Shown: in pieces, positions 30,685 through 42,296 of the stretch
How the letters are laid out: every line of letters begins with the position of its first letter
Position numbering within the stretch: the stretch's first letter is position 1
From: Deltaproteobacteria bacterium
GTDB taxonomy: Bacteria; Desulfobacterota_D; UBA1144; Nemesobacterales; CSP1-2
Direction of reading: 5' to 3'
Assembly: GCA_052390235.1 (NCBI GenBank)
Contig: JBQTHB010000003.1
Span: 64,001 to 128,000 of the forward strand
Length of the DNA: 64,000 bases
Translations under genes and position numbers: made by a program
The notes under the pieces: generated by a model
The model's database searches: none
The model's input: only the letters and a program-made list of their open reading frames with translations
Told to the model about the DNA's origin: nothing

Positions 30685-30835
30685 TGCGCTAAGGGGGCAT
30701 CAAAAAGCGCGGGGCGGGGGTTGCGGGATGAGTAGCGCCACTATTCCGTCAGATGTCTGGCTCGGCACAGCCTGCCCTGCGAGTAGCTCGGCTGGCTCAT
30801 GCCCAAGTTGTACAAATTTAATCCCTAAATTATCA

Positions 30836-31759
30836 TCAATCCTGCATCGCCTCGACTTCATATAGGGTGTATTCGCCGCTTTTACCTCGGATGCCGACGC
30901 CGGCGCATCTGCTTCGGGCTTTGACCTTCCCCTGTACCTCAGCGTAGGCGTCTTCGGAGATGAGAAGAGCTAACCCCGCCTCCTTGGTTGCCGCCTCGAT
31001 TCTGCTGGCTAGGTTTACGGCGTCCCCAATAGCCGTCATTTTTTTTGCTCCCCCCGCGCCCACAGTGCCGACGACCGCCTCTCCGTAATGCACGCCGATT
31101 CCAATGTGAAACCTCTTGTCGTAGAGCGTTTGGAGGTATGAATTGAAATTCTCCATAGCCCGGAGCATTTCCAAAGCCGCCCTCACCGAGCGCATCGCCG
31201 CATCGGGCGCGTCGTCAACCCCGAAGAGCGCCATGAGACCGTCGCCCATGTAGTTGTCAATGTACCCTCCGTTTCGGGTTACAACGGCTCCCATTTCGTA
31301 AAAATAGCGATTTAGAACATGGATAACGTCGTATGGGTATAGAGCCTCGGCGAATGACGTAAACCCGCGTATGTCGGCAAAGAGGATGGCAATGCGCTTT
31401 TCCTCTCCGGCGGAGCTTGGGGTTGACTCAGAGGCGAGACGGCTTGCGAGGGCTATATCCTCCTCGTCAATTACAAGGCGGCGCAGTTTAATATCCCCTT
31501 CGGTTTTGGTCTGGCAGGCAAGACGGATTTCGGGGCTGAATCCGAGGCGATTGGCAATTGCCGATTCCCTCTCATTAGGGGGCAGACATCTTTCAATCCC
31601 CTCGAGAATCAGCACGCGGCACGTGGAGCATCTAGCCCTGCCTCCGCAGGCTTGCGTGTGGGGGATTCCGGCAATATTGGACGCATCGAGGATGGTTGCG
31701 CCCACGTTCGAGGCGATTTTTTTATCGTCTGGCAGGTAGTGGAGAAAAATTATAGACAT
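30836..31759 (-). CDS. [2Fe-2S] ferredoxin fused to class III nucleotide cyclase
   Basis: CGGRARCSTC...RLACQ iron-sulfur ligands; FADIRGF, GDG and TAIGDAVNLASR cyclase motifs. Confidence 0.9.
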   Translation of the reverse strand: MSIIFLHYLPDDKKIASNVGATILDASNIAGIPHTQACGGRARCSTCRVLILEGIERCLPPNERESAIANRLGFSPEIRLACQTKTEGDIKLRRLVIDEEDIALASRLASESTPSSAGEEKRIAILFADIRGFTSFAEALYPYDVIHVLNRYFYEMGAVVTRNGGYIDNYMGDGLMALFGVDDAPDAAMRSVRAALEMLRAMENFNSYLQTLYDKRFHIGIGVHYGEAVVGTVGAGGAKKMTAIGDAVNLASRIEAATKEAGLALLISEDAYAEVQGKVKARSRCAGVGIRGKSGEYTLYEVEAMQD

Positions 31760-32012
31760 CAGAATAAAATAACACGGAGCGGGGGGAATGTCCCGATGTT
31801 GACTGCGATGCGGCTACTGCGATTCTCTTCTCATAAGCGAATGCAGTTATCCGGTATCCACATCCCCTCATACCTCGGCGAGACCGTTTGGCTCTCCTGC
31901 CTGCGCATCCCGATATTTGTATCCCCCGCATCGCGCATCTTGCGCCCTGAGACGCTCCGCGCCTTGAGACTCTCCTCTCGTTATGGTAATTTCCCCCGAT
32001 TACACACACTAA

Positions 32013-33308
<1,296 letters not shown>

Positions 33309-33373
33309 GACGCAAGCTAGTTTGTTGGGTATAATTACCCGTAAAAGCAATCAATTTTCGAGGAATTAAGCGC

Positions 33374-34783
33374 ATGGCGGCAAAGACACTTTTCGATAAA
33401 ATTTGGGAAACTCACCTGGTTTTGAGCGAGGAAGGCAAGCCCTCTCTCATCTATGTTGATTTGCATCTCGTACACGAGGTTACCTCCCCTCAGGCATTCG
33501 AGGGGCTTAGAATTTCAGGGAGGAAAGTACGGCGCCCGGAGCTGACATTTGCTACGATGGACCACAACGTCCCCACCACGGCGAGGTCTCTGCCGATAGA
33601 AGACCCGATATCGGCAAAGCAAATCGAGACATTGAGGCACAACTGCCGGGATTTCGGCGTAACCCTATTTGATTTAGATAGCCCGTTCCAGGGAATTGTC
33701 CACGTCATAGGGCCAGAGCTAGGCATCACAAAGCCCGGAATGACCATTGTCTGCGGAGACAGCCACACCTCCACGCATGGGGCTTTCGGCGCGCTCGCCT
33801 TCGGAATTGGCACGAGCGAGGTGGAGCATGTGTTGGCGACTCAGTGCCTGTGGCAGAATTTCCCTAAGACCTTTGAGGTGCGAGTGGACGGGCAAATGGG
33901 CAAAGGGGTAACCGCAAAGGATATAATCCTCGCCATTATTGGCCGCATTGGCACAGCCGGCGCAACGGGGACGGTAGTTGAATACAGGGGAGAGGCAATC
34001 GAAGCCCTCTCGATGGAAGAGCGGATGACGATATGCAATATGTCCATCGAAGCCGGAGCGAGAGCCGGAATGATTGCGCCTGATGAAAAGACGTTTGAAT
34101 ACCTCAGGGGCAGGCAGTATTCCCCGAAGGGCGAGGCATTCGATGCAGCCGTAGAGCGCTGGCGAGGGCTTAGAACCGACGACGGAGCCACGTTTGACAA
34201 GCGCGTCAGGCTCGATGCCGCCCAAATCGCCCCTCAGGTGAGCTGGGGAACAAGCCCCGGCATGGTAACGGATGTTACCGGCATCGTCCCCGACCCGGAA
34301 TCGTTCCAAGACCCGAACATGAAAAAGGCGGCGTGGCAGTCACTGGAGTACATGGGGCTTAAACCTAAAACCAAAATAGAGGACATCCGGCTCGATACTG
34401 TTTTTATCGGCTCATGCACGAATTCGAGGATTCAGGACCTAGTAGCCGCCGCAGAGGTGGTCAAGGGCAGAAAAGTCGCCTCCAACATACGCGCAATGGT
34501 CGTTCCGGGGTCTCAACTCGTAAAACGGCAGGCTGAGAAACTGGGGCTGGATAAAATTTTCAAAGAAGCCGGATTCGATTGGCGGGAAGCCGGGTGTAGT
34601 ATGTGCCTTGGGATGAACCCCGATATACTCTCCCCGGGCGAGCGGTGCGCAAGCACGTCCAATAGAAATTTTGAGGGCCGCCAGGGTAAAGGCGGTCGCA
34701 CTCACCTCGTAAGCCCGATAATGGCGGCGGCGGCGGCTATCGAGGGGCATTTCGTGGATATACGCAACTGGAACGTAAATTAG
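33374..34783 (+). CDS. leuC: 3-isopropylmalate dehydratase large subunit
   Basis: [28 protein letters not shown] and [12 protein letters not shown] motifs. Confidence 0.98.
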   Translation: MAAKTLFDKIWETHLVLSEEGKPSLIYVDLHLVHEVTSPQAFEGLRISGRKVRRPELTFATMDHNVPTTARSLPIEDPISAKQIETLRHNCRDFGVTLFDLDSPFQGIVHVIGPELGITKPGMTIVCGDSHTSTHGAFGALAFGIGTSEVEHVLATQCLWQNFPKTFEVRVDGQMGKGVTAKDIILAIIGRIGTAGATGTVVEYRGEAIEALSMEERMTICNMSIEAGARAGMIAPDEKTFEYLRGRQYSPKGEAFDAAVERWRGLRTDDGATFDKRVRLDAAQIAPQVSWGTSPGMVTDVTGIVPDPESFQDPNMKKAAWQSLEYMGLKPKTKIEDIRLDTVFIGSCTNSRIQDLVAAAEVVKGRKVASNIRAMVVPGSQLVKRQAEKLGLDKIFKEAGFDWREAGCSMCLGMNPDILSPGERCASTSNRNFEGRQGKGGRTHLVSPIMAAAAAIEGHFVDIRNWNVN

Positions 34784-34803
34784 AATCCGAAGGAGAGCGG
34801 GCA

Positions 34804-35388
34804 ATGAAACCTTTTGAGAAATTCACCGGAGCGGTAGCCCCGCTCGATAGGGTCAACGTTGACACGGACCAAATCATCCCGAAACAGTTCCTAAAACGCA
34901 TCGAACGCACCGGATTCGGAGAGTTTTTATTCTTCGACTGGCGATACAGGGAAAACGGAGAGCCAAACCCCGATTTCGTCCTCAATGATGCGAGATACCA
35001 AAGCGCGAGCATCCTGCTTGCGCGCGATAATTTCGGGTGTGGAAGCTCAAGGGAACACGCCCCGTGGGCGCTCGAAGACCATGGATTTAAAGTGATAATA
35101 GCCCCTTCGTTCGCCGATATATTCTTTAGCAACTGCTTCAAAAACGGGATGCTCCCGATAGCGCTTTCCGAGGGCGTGGTGGAGAGACTATTTCAAAACG
35201 TTCTAGTCTCAGGGAGCTACGCGCTCGAAGTGGACTTGGAATCTCAAACCCTTAGCGACAGCAACGGGTGGATAATCCCCTTCGAGGTGGATTCGTTCAA
35301 GAGAAAGTGTCTCTTGGAGGGACTCGACGACATCGGGCTGACGCTTCAGTGCGAGGATAAAATTACCGCGTATGAAAACAGCTTGTAA
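34804..35388 (+). CDS. leuD: 3-isopropylmalate dehydratase small subunit
   Basis: [13 protein letters not shown] and [15 protein letters not shown] motifs. Confidence 0.98.
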   Translation: MKPFEKFTGAVAPLDRVNVDTDQIIPKQFLKRIERTGFGEFLFFDWRYRENGEPNPDFVLNDARYQSASILLARDNFGCGSSREHAPWALEDHGFKVIIAPSFADIFFSNCFKNGMLPIALSEGVVERLFQNVLVSGSYALEVDLESQTLSDSNGWIIPFEVDSFKRKCLLEGLDDIGLTLQCEDKITAYENSL

Positions 35389-35558
35389 GGGAGGGAAGCT
35401 CCGCAAAAGAATTCTCTTTCGCAGTGTTGACAAAACGGACAATCGGGTATAAGCATTAAGTTATCCGGGGGGAGAATAAAGAGAAGCGCCGCCTCCATAG
35501 TATATTGCGGCATTTCGACCCTCTTCGACATTTGATTTCAGTTAAGGAAAGCGCCATC

Positions 35559-36032
35559 ATGGAGACCTTCGCAAAGATACTAGCCCTAACCGTTCTAGGC
35601 ATCTTCGGCTCTGCCGGGGCTATTATCTACTATTCGGACCCGGCTAATACCAAACCCGCTCCGGTCGCCGAGGACAGGTCCCTATGGAACTTGGAGCAGT
35701 ACAGCGGGGTTGACGTGCGAGAGTACAGAAAGCAAATCCTAGAGAACTATAAAGGCGAGAGGGCAATCGAGAAGAGGAGCGGCGGCAAATCCGAGTATTC
35801 TCTGTGGGGGCAGAGCTTTGAGGGCAACGCCTCCGACAACGTAATTTCTAAAGAAGCCCTGAAACTCGCCGAAGGAAACTCCGTTGAAGCCCTCGAAGAG
35901 CGGACGAATCAGCTCTATAACCTCTACCGCACTCTCCAGGCGCAGGGAAGCCCTGAGTACAGCAGAGCCTATGCGGAATACAAAGCCTACTGGGCGGCTC
36001 TCAAGCTCAAGACAGAGATGACAAGCAATTAG
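35559..36032 (+). CDS. Hypothetical membrane-anchored protein
   Basis: ATG 35559 follows AAGGA. One N-terminal TM helix, remainder helical. Confidence 0.6.
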   Translation: METFAKILALTVLGIFGSAGAIIYYSDPANTKPAPVAEDRSLWNLEQYSGVDVREYRKQILENYKGERAIEKRSGGKSEYSLWGQSFEGNASDNVISKEALKLAEGNSVEALEERTNQLYNLYRTLQAQGSPEYSRAYAEYKAYWAALKLKTEMTSN

Positions 36033-36042
36033 TACCCGCCGA

Positions 36043-36717
36043 TTACTTTTTAAATACTAGAAACTTATACCCCCCGAAATTCCAAAACACCGAAACCATC
36101 ACCGCCGCGAGCGTTGCGAGATTCGCCCACAGCCTCGGCGATATTGTGGCAATAGGCTCGACGAAGTTCACGATAATTGAGGCAATCCCAACATTGAGCA
36201 GAAATCCGACCCCGCTCACAACTGTAAACTGCATAAACTGAAACCCTATCCCCTTGGTCTGCGCGCCCTCAAACGTCCAAAACTTGTTCCAGAAATAGCT
36301 GTTCCCAATCGCGACCAAAAACGATGCCGCCTTAAACAGGGAGAAATAAATCCCCGACTCAATCCCCGAAACGTGCATCAGCAGATTCAAAATCCCGAAA
36401 TCTATGGCGGCGTTCGACAGCCCTATGGCGACAAATTTCCCCGCCTGAAAGAACACAAGCCGCCTCCTGCCGAGAAGAGAGGTCAAATAGACGGCAAACC
36501 CCGCCGCCAGGGGGATTAGCGCAAGCGCTAGCCACTTGAATCTGAGCAGAATATCGAGCGCGGGAATCTCATGTTCCATATTTTTTATAATCGCCAGAAG
36601 AAACAGGGCGACGACCTCGCCTATGATGAAGCTCGCCGCTAAATCCGATTTGCTAAATGATACGCTCGTCCTGCGCGGCGATTTCCCCAGTGATTTTCGT
36701 TCAGCTTGAGCATTCAT
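36043..36717 (-). CDS. GtrA-family flippase-like protein with extra N-terminal TM pair
   Basis: KFVAIGLSNAAIDFG, NSYFWNKFWTF and WNF.GYKFLVF motifs. Start is 36717 or further upstream. Confidence 0.85.
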   Translation of the reverse strand: MNAQAERKSLGKSPRRTSVSFSKSDLAASFIIGEVVALFLLAIIKNMEHEIPALDILLRFKWLALALIPLAAGFAVYLTSLLGRRRLVFFQAGKFVAIGLSNAAIDFGILNLLMHVSGIESGIYFSLFKAASFLVAIGNSYFWNKFWTFEGAQTKGIGFQFMQFTVVSGVGFLLNVGIASIIVNFVEPIATISPRLWANLATLAAVMVSVFWNFGGYKFLVFKK

Positions 36718-36766
36718 ATTCGGTTTGATTTTCCTTGGAGGGCGTTGATTCCGGGACTCTAAGCGT

Positions 36767-37525
36767 CTATTCATAAATCCCAAGCCAGAGATTTAACTTT
36801 ATCTTAAACAGCTCCAAAAAGGTCTTTATGGTGCTTGAGAATTTCACGTGCGAGCGTTCGTCGTTTCGCCATACTATCGCAGACTCCTTGACCGTGAGTC
36901 CGAATTGTTTGGCGATAACGAGTAGTTCCACATCAAAAACCCAGCGTCTGATGGTCTGAAGGGGGAAAATCCGCTCTGTCGCCTGAGCCGTGAAAGCCTT
37001 AAATCCAGCTTGAGTGTCCTCCATGTCAATTCCGTGTAGGAGGCGAACGGTAAAGTTAAAGAATCTGCCCACGTTTTCCCTGAGCCACGGCTGAGGCACG
37101 GCAATCTCCGCCCCGCTCACGCGCCTTGAGCCTATGACGACAGCCGCGCCGGCGGCGATGTGGGGAATCATCCGCTCGAATTGGTCAATGGAGGTAGAGT
37201 TGTCGGCGTCCATAAATAGACGGATTTCTCCTGTTGCGGCGAGCATCCCCTGCCTCACCACCCAGCCCTTGCCCCGGTTGAGGTCGTTTTTAATGAGGCG
37301 CAGATGCGGGATTTCAGCCGTCAGGCGCGATACGACCCTCGCCGTGCCGTCTCCAGAGCCGTCGTCAACGACGATGATTTCGTAGGCGAAGTTCCGGCGC
37401 GTGAGATAGGCGCCGACGCTCCTGAGCGTGAGCGGAATCCTCGCCTCTTCGTTATAGGCGGGGATTACCACCGAGAGATATGGGGGTTTAGGTTCGGGGC
37501 TATTTGGAGACAATGTAGGTTTCAC
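36767..37525 (-). CDS. GT2 polyprenol-phosphate glycosyltransferase (DPM1/ALG5-like)
   Basis: SVVIPAYNE, VDDGS, NRGKG, MDAD, GSR, DTQAGFK and FDVELL motifs. Confidence 0.9.
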   Translation of the reverse strand: MKPTLSPNSPEPKPPYLSVVIPAYNEEARIPLTLRSVGAYLTRRNFAYEIIVVDDGSGDGTARVVSRLTAEIPHLRLIKNDLNRGKGWVVRQGMLAATGEIRLFMDADNSTSIDQFERMIPHIAAGAAVVIGSRRVSGAEIAVPQPWLRENVGRFFNFTVRLLHGIDMEDTQAGFKAFTAQATERIFPLQTIRRWVFDVELLVIAKQFGLTVKESAIVWRNDERSHVKFSSTIKTFLELFKIKLNLWLGIYE

Positions 37526-37569
37526 GCAATAAATTTCGGGATTTTACTCAATATTGCTGCGCCGCAGCA

Positions 37570-38958
37570 TCAGAGCCATTTATCGAACCATAACCTTAAA
37601 TTAAACTGCGCCTCGGTCAAGGGAATACCGTAGGTAAGGGGCATAAAGAAAATAAATCCCGCAATGAATAATACAATCAATCCCCAGAACACGGCGAGCG
37701 CGCGACGGGATAAGCTATCGTCGTCCCCCCTGCCGCCGAACAGAAAGAGGCTCATCGCGGCTACGGAGAAGATGAGCGCGGGGAAGTAGTGATAGAGAAA
37801 CATCACGCGCTTTATATTCATAAACGGGAGGAAATTAAACGCCCACGCCCCGTACAGAATCCACTTCGTCTCAGGGAGTTTCGGCTTCCAGAGAAAAACC
37901 CCTAAGATGAAAACAGTCATCGTCCCCCACCACACAAAAGGGTTTCCGAGCAGATATATTCTCGAGGCTCTGTCGGGCGGCTCGCTTTTTATCCAATAAT
38001 ATATCGGGCGAGCCATGATGGGCCATGAGTAGAAATTACTCGAATACGGATGCGCGGCGGTAAGCCCGGCGTTTGCTCCGTACATAGTCCGGTTCAGTTC
38101 GGTGAATTTTTCCCACAGCCCAATGGGTTTGACCTTTGGGTTTCGGGAAGCCTCGGTGTTCTCCAGCGTTTTTAAAAAGCCTTGAGACATAAAGGCATCG
38201 CCCTGCCCGCTCCTGTCAAGAAGGGTGAAATGAAGGACGAAAATAATGAAATAGACGACAAACGGCGCCGCGGCCAGCGCGAGAGCGCGCCTTGCAATCT
38301 CCCCGAATGAAAAGTCGGAGGAGGACGCGAAGCTGCGGTAAACATCCCAAAGCGAGACTGCCCCCGCAATTCCCAGAAAGGACATCCCAGTCCACTTGAC
38401 CGAGGGCGCAAGGGCAAGCAGAACACCGGCAAGGAGCAGATGCGCCGGTTTCCGGGAGAAATTCCGGTAATGAAAAAACAGCGCAATACCTCCGAAACCG
38501 AAGGCAAGGAGCATTGAGTCCATGAGTATATAGTGCGATTGAACCAGCACGGCGTTCTCGAACACGACAGCCAGCCCCGCAAAAAGGGAGGCAGCCCTCG
38601 ACCCCCGAAGCGAGCGCACTAGAAAATAAACGCAAAGGGGAATCATTGCGCCGAAGAGATTGGGAAGGAACCTAAGCGCGACAAACGAGTACCCGGAGTA
38701 GTCCTCGCCGATGGCATCGAAATTGAGCCCGGGTCTGAACCCCACGATGTAGGCGGCGGCGGCGATGAGCAGTTTTCCAAGCGGCGGGTGTATGTCGAAA
38801 AAATAGTCTCCTGTAAAGTATCCGCTCACGAATTTACCGAAGTGAACCTCGTCAAAAACGACCTCGGAGGGATGCCAAATAAACAGAAAGCGCGTCCCAA
38901 ACCCTAGAGCGAGCAAAAGGAGCGGGGCGCAAAGCGGGCCGTTCAGTAGGCGGGACAT
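37570..38958 (-). CDS. Polyprenol-phosphate-mannose:protein O-mannosyltransferase (PMT, GT39)
   Basis: VVFDEVHF, FFDIHPPLGK, HPYSS, LLGNP and R.MFLYHY.PAL motifs. No MIR domains. Confidence 0.88.
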   Translation of the reverse strand: MSRLLNGPLCAPLLLLALGFGTRFLFIWHPSEVVFDEVHFGKFVSGYFTGDYFFDIHPPLGKLLIAAAAYIVGFRPGLNFDAIGEDYSGYSFVALRFLPNLFGAMIPLCVYFLVRSLRGSRAASLFAGLAVVFENAVLVQSHYILMDSMLLAFGFGGIALFFHYRNFSRKPAHLLLAGVLLALAPSVKWTGMSFLGIAGAVSLWDVYRSFASSSDFSFGEIARRALALAAAPFVVYFIIFVLHFTLLDRSGQGDAFMSQGFLKTLENTEASRNPKVKPIGLWEKFTELNRTMYGANAGLTAAHPYSSNFYSWPIMARPIYYWIKSEPPDRASRIYLLGNPFVWWGTMTVFILGVFLWKPKLPETKWILYGAWAFNFLPFMNIKRVMFLYHYFPALIFSVAAMSLFLFGGRGDDDSLSRRALAVFWGLIVLFIAGFIFFMPLTYGIPLTEAQFNLRLWFDKWL

Positions 38959-40988
38959 TTTAATCTCATGACCTCCCTTCTCGTTGAGGAATCCAGAGTA
39001 TTTTGGCTGAATACGACATCCGCCGAGGATAAGACGCTCTCGTGTTTCGCTTCGGGGTACGCGCTGAGCAAATCCCTATCCCATAGGATGTATTTTATAC
39101 CATCGCGGCAGATTGAAGAAGCGTCGCCCGACGAGAGAAACTCCCTCGCCCTTGCCCTGCGCGCCTGCTCGAGCTGCGCTCTGCCCTGAGACCAGAGCCA
39201 TCCGGGGTATCCGCTATATATAGGGCGCCCTGTGAGCATGGGGACGAACTGAGCGGGGTTATTGGCGGTGAGGAAGCGGTCATTGGGCAGTGAGTTTTCC
39301 CGAATCCAAGCCGCCGCCTCAACCTCGTCGCGCTCATAATAGGAGAAATAGTTGTTTCCCACATTCCAGAGGCGAATACCTACGTCAATCAGCCCCGACA
39401 GGGTCGAGAGCAGGACAAACGCTCCGAACGCAAAGGCAGCGGCGCGCCTCCTAGCCCCTGCGAGGGATTCAAAAAGCCCTAGTGCGGCAATTGCGGCAAA
39501 TAACCACCAGTAAAATAAAATCTTGCCGTTATCGAATTCCCACGGCTGAAACACCACAATATTCGGTGCGAGAAATAGCAATAAGCCGGGGAGTATAGAG
39601 AATTTCGCCATCTCTGTGCCTCTGCTCTCGCCCTTTCGGAGGAATATAAATAGCGGGAGGGCAATTATCCACGCCCAGACGAGCGCGCCAAAATTCGCCG
39701 TCAAGAACCACGAAAAGCTCGTGTAAGACACCCCGCCATCGCAGGCGTACCAACTCCCGCTGTGGCCGCAGAACATCCACCCTATCCAGAGCTTCAGAAA
39801 CGACGGACTCGCCGCGCCCTCCGCCGCCTTTGGCATCAAAAAAAATATCTGCGGCAGGGCTATCGCCGCCCCAAGCACTCCGCCCTTGACCCAAGCGAGG
39901 CGGTTTCCCGCATCCAGCAGGAATCGGCAGAGAAAAACTATCGAGAGCGCGATAAAAGTGTGCGCGTGAAATAGCGGCAGAAGACCCCACACAACCCCCC
40001 ATCTCCAGATATTCGGACTGCCGGTATATACAAAGCAGGCGAGAAGCAGCGTCAGCGCTATGGCAAATCCCGGAATAAAAGCCCTCTGATGTGATAGGAA
40101 ACTAATTGACGGCACGTACCACGCAATGCGCGAGAGAGACCTCTGGAAATCCGAATTAAACCTATCACTAGGCTCAAACACGGTGAGAGTGTAGGAATAA
40201 GGAGAGGAGAGCGCGACCTGCGCCGCTCTGGGAATCCCTCCGTCCTTCCACCCGCCGGCTACGTTCGATGCGTAGAGGAGAAACCCTAAGCCGCCTCCGA
40301 AATAGACTATCGCCACAAGGGCAAGGGCATAGCGCCTTGCGCCGGGGAATACGCGCCGTCCGAGCAGATAGAGCAGAAAGATCGCCGACACGCCGAACGC
40401 CGCAACCGGCGCGTGCCATGCGATTATATCGGAAAAGCCAAGCCTCCCGTAGAGGGCGCTCAGCAAATTGACCAAAAAAGGATAGGTCATCGCCTCGCCC
40501 GACAGGACGTGATGCTCTAAAATGAAGGGGTCTGCGAATTTGAGCCTGCCTATCATATTGAGGTGGTAGGCGCTGTCGCCCCATGCGGCGAAAACCGCGC
40601 TCGGAATCCCATCGGCATTGGTCAGCAAAACCCCTATTAAAACCCCCAAATAGAGGGCGATAAGCACTGCGAAGACTAGCGCCGCCAAATACGGAATTCG
40701 GGAAAAATCAACGGGCGGCATCCGAAACCGCAGGGGCATTCCCCGCCTCCACAGGAAAAATCCCGCGGCGAGCGAGAGGATAACCCAAAGCAAAATCACG
40801 GCGGCATCCCATGAGCGGAAGATGAGAAGCGCCCCCAAAGTCAGAAAAGCGCTTGCGGCAAACCCAAGAGGGAGACTCGCAAAGAGGGATTCCACGCGGC
40901 TTAGCCTCGCGCCTGAGTCGAGACATCGCAGGACGGCAAATCCAATTGTGGACTGAAGGGCGAGAAAGAGAATTCCGGTTATCGGCAT
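38943..40988 (-). CDS. Polytopic membrane protein, probable GT-C glycosyltransferase
   Basis: More than 10 TM helices, a GD...H first loop, YPFL, and a C-terminal soluble domain (AAAWIRENS...TGR...GY.GW). Confidence 0.65.
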   Translation of the reverse strand: MPITGILFLALQSTIGFAVLRCLDSGARLSRVESLFASLPLGFAASAFLTLGALLIFRSWDAAVILLWVILSLAAGFFLWRRGMPLRFRMPPVDFSRIPYLAALVFAVLIALYLGVLIGVLLTNADGIPSAVFAAWGDSAYHLNMIGRLKFADPFILEHHVLSGEAMTYPFLVNLLSALYGRLGFSDIIAWHAPVAAFGVSAIFLLYLLGRRVFPGARRYALALVAIVYFGGGLGFLLYASNVAGGWKDGGIPRAAQVALSSPYSYTLTVFEPSDRFNSDFQRSLSRIAWYVPSISFLSHQRAFIPGFAIALTLLLACFVYTGSPNIWRWGVVWGLLPLFHAHTFIALSIVFLCRFLLDAGNRLAWVKGGVLGAAIALPQIFFLMPKAAEGAASPSFLKLWIGWMFCGHSGSWYACDGGVSYTSFSWFLTANFGALVWAWIIALPLFIFLRKGESRGTEMAKFSILPGLLLFLAPNIVVFQPWEFDNGKILFYWWLFAAIAALGLFESLAGARRRAAAFAFGAFVLLSTLSGLIDVGIRLWNVGNNYFSYYERDEVEAAAWIRENSLPNDRFLTANNPAQFVPMLTGRPIYSGYPGWLWSQGRAQLEQARRARAREFLSSGDASSICRDGIKYILWDRDLLSAYPEAKHESVLSSADVVFSQNTLDSSTRREVMRLKCPAY

Positions 40989-41143
40989 GGATTATCAGCG
41001 CTCCCGACGCTCGGGGTGTGTTTGCGCGGTTAAGTCTACTATATTTCGATTTCCTCGCAAGGACACATCCCTCAATTGTGTGGACGGGCGGCGGGATTAG
41101 AGTATATAATATTCCTCATTCAAAGCCGGAGCTAAATCAAACG

Positions 41144-41962
41144 ATGAATAATAAAAACGCGCTCGGAGTTTTTGCGCCAATACTCGCAGGGCTTGGACTC
41201 GCGGTGTCGGCGTATCTTACGTTTCTGTATTTCACCGGGGCTGAGGCGTCTTTGTGCATTACCGGCTCAGGGTGCGACGCCGTGCGCAATAGTCAATATT
41301 CGGCAATCGCGTCAATTCCCGTGCCGATACTTGGCATTGCCGGATACGGGGCGATTCTCGCGCTCTGCCTCATGCCAATATCCGAGCGGGCGCGCTGGCG
41401 CTGGGTGTATTTCCTCTCGCTTGCGGGGGCGGCGTTCTCGGCGTATCTCACTTACGTAGAACTTTTTGTCATCAAGTCCGTGTGTTTCTACTGCGTCGTG
41501 TCGGCGGCTATAATTGCGGCGATATTTATACTTTCGCTGTTAAAAAAAGGGGGCTTTGCCGCTGGGTTGAGGCTCGCAGGGATAAGCGCGGCGGTCGTAG
41601 CGGCGACGATTGGGCTGTCGTTTGCGTTTGCGCCCGAACCCATCGAGACCGAGGCGAACGCGGTTCAAGTGGCAGTGGCAAAACACCTAGGGGGCATGGG
41701 CGCGGTGATGTACGGCTCGTTTCAGTGTCCGCACTGCTCGGTGCAGAAGCAACTCTTCGGCGAGAAGGTCTTTAAGAAATATATCGGCTATGTCGAGTGC
41801 CATCCGAGAGGGGAGAGCGCCGACACTCAGCGTTGCTACGACAACGGGATAACGAGCTACCCCACTTGGGAAATTGCGGGGCGTTATTATTTGGGAACGA
41901 AGTCGCTTAGGGAGCTTGCCGAGATTTCAAAATTCAGATTTTCTGAGCCGCCGGGCAGTTAA
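41144..41962 (+). CDS. VKOR-thioredoxin-like fusion (disulfide bond formation)
   Basis: Loop cysteines C-x5-C, CFYC in a TM helix, and C-terminal CPHC..QK.LFG...YVEC...YPTW. ATG at 41144. Confidence 0.9.
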   Translation: MNNKNALGVFAPILAGLGLAVSAYLTFLYFTGAEASLCITGSGCDAVRNSQYSAIASIPVPILGIAGYGAILALCLMPISERARWRWVYFLSLAGAAFSAYLTYVELFVIKSVCFYCVVSAAIIAAIFILSLLKKGGFAAGLRLAGISAAVVAATIGLSFAFAPEPIETEANAVQVAVAKHLGGMGAVMYGSFQCPHCSVQKQLFGEKVFKKYIGYVECHPRGESADTQRCYDNGITSYPTWEIAGRYYLGTKSLRELAEISKFRFSEPPGS

Positions 41963-42014
41963 CACAGGGTTAACCCGAATTTGACCCGGAGTTAACCGGA
42001 CGCCACGATATTCT
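41958..42014 (+). promoter_or_regulatory. Four 11-bp-phased direct repeats (OmpR/PhoB-type boxes) followed by a TATTCT -10-like hexamer
   Basis: GTTAACA at 41958, GTTAACC at 41969, TTTGACC at 41980, GTTAACC at 41991; TATTCT at 42009. Confidence 0.55.
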
Positions 42015-42090
42015 ATGTCAAATTCCTCGCCGCAGGATTCCCAACGGGGCGGATGCCATGCCGCCTGCGCCGCGCATCCTGTAAGGGGCT

Positions 42091-42119
42091 TTGGCGTTAT
42101 TTCGCAGGTTCGGTATAAT
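42091..42119 (+). promoter_or_regulatory. Putative sigma70 promoter
   Basis: TTGGCG-N17-TATAAT. Confidence 0.55.
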
Positions 42120-42150
42120 TCAGCATAGATTCGGTATTGAAAGGAGAGAT

Positions 42151-42291
42151 TTGAATAGTATCCCCTCGCTCGCTAACCTCATGCCTCAGTTGATGAGCGC
42201 AATCTCCGTGTTTCAGCCGATAACCAGCCCAATTAAAGCAACCGATAAAATTTATCCGGCGCATTTTACGTCTAACGGAGGAACTCCATAG
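42151..42291 (+). CDS. Possible 46-aa leader ORF upstream of phoH
   Basis: AAGGAG SD at 42141 and TTG at 42151. Its stop lies next to the phoH SD. Confidence 0.35.
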   Translation: MNSIPSLANLMPQLMSAISVFQPITSPIKATDKIYPAHFTSNGGTP

Positions 42292-42296
42292 AAAAT

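Noticed and set aside
40853..41143. Extended N-terminus of the VKOR ORF
   Set aside because: It overlaps the opposite-strand GT-C gene, and the VKOR domain starts at ATG 41144.
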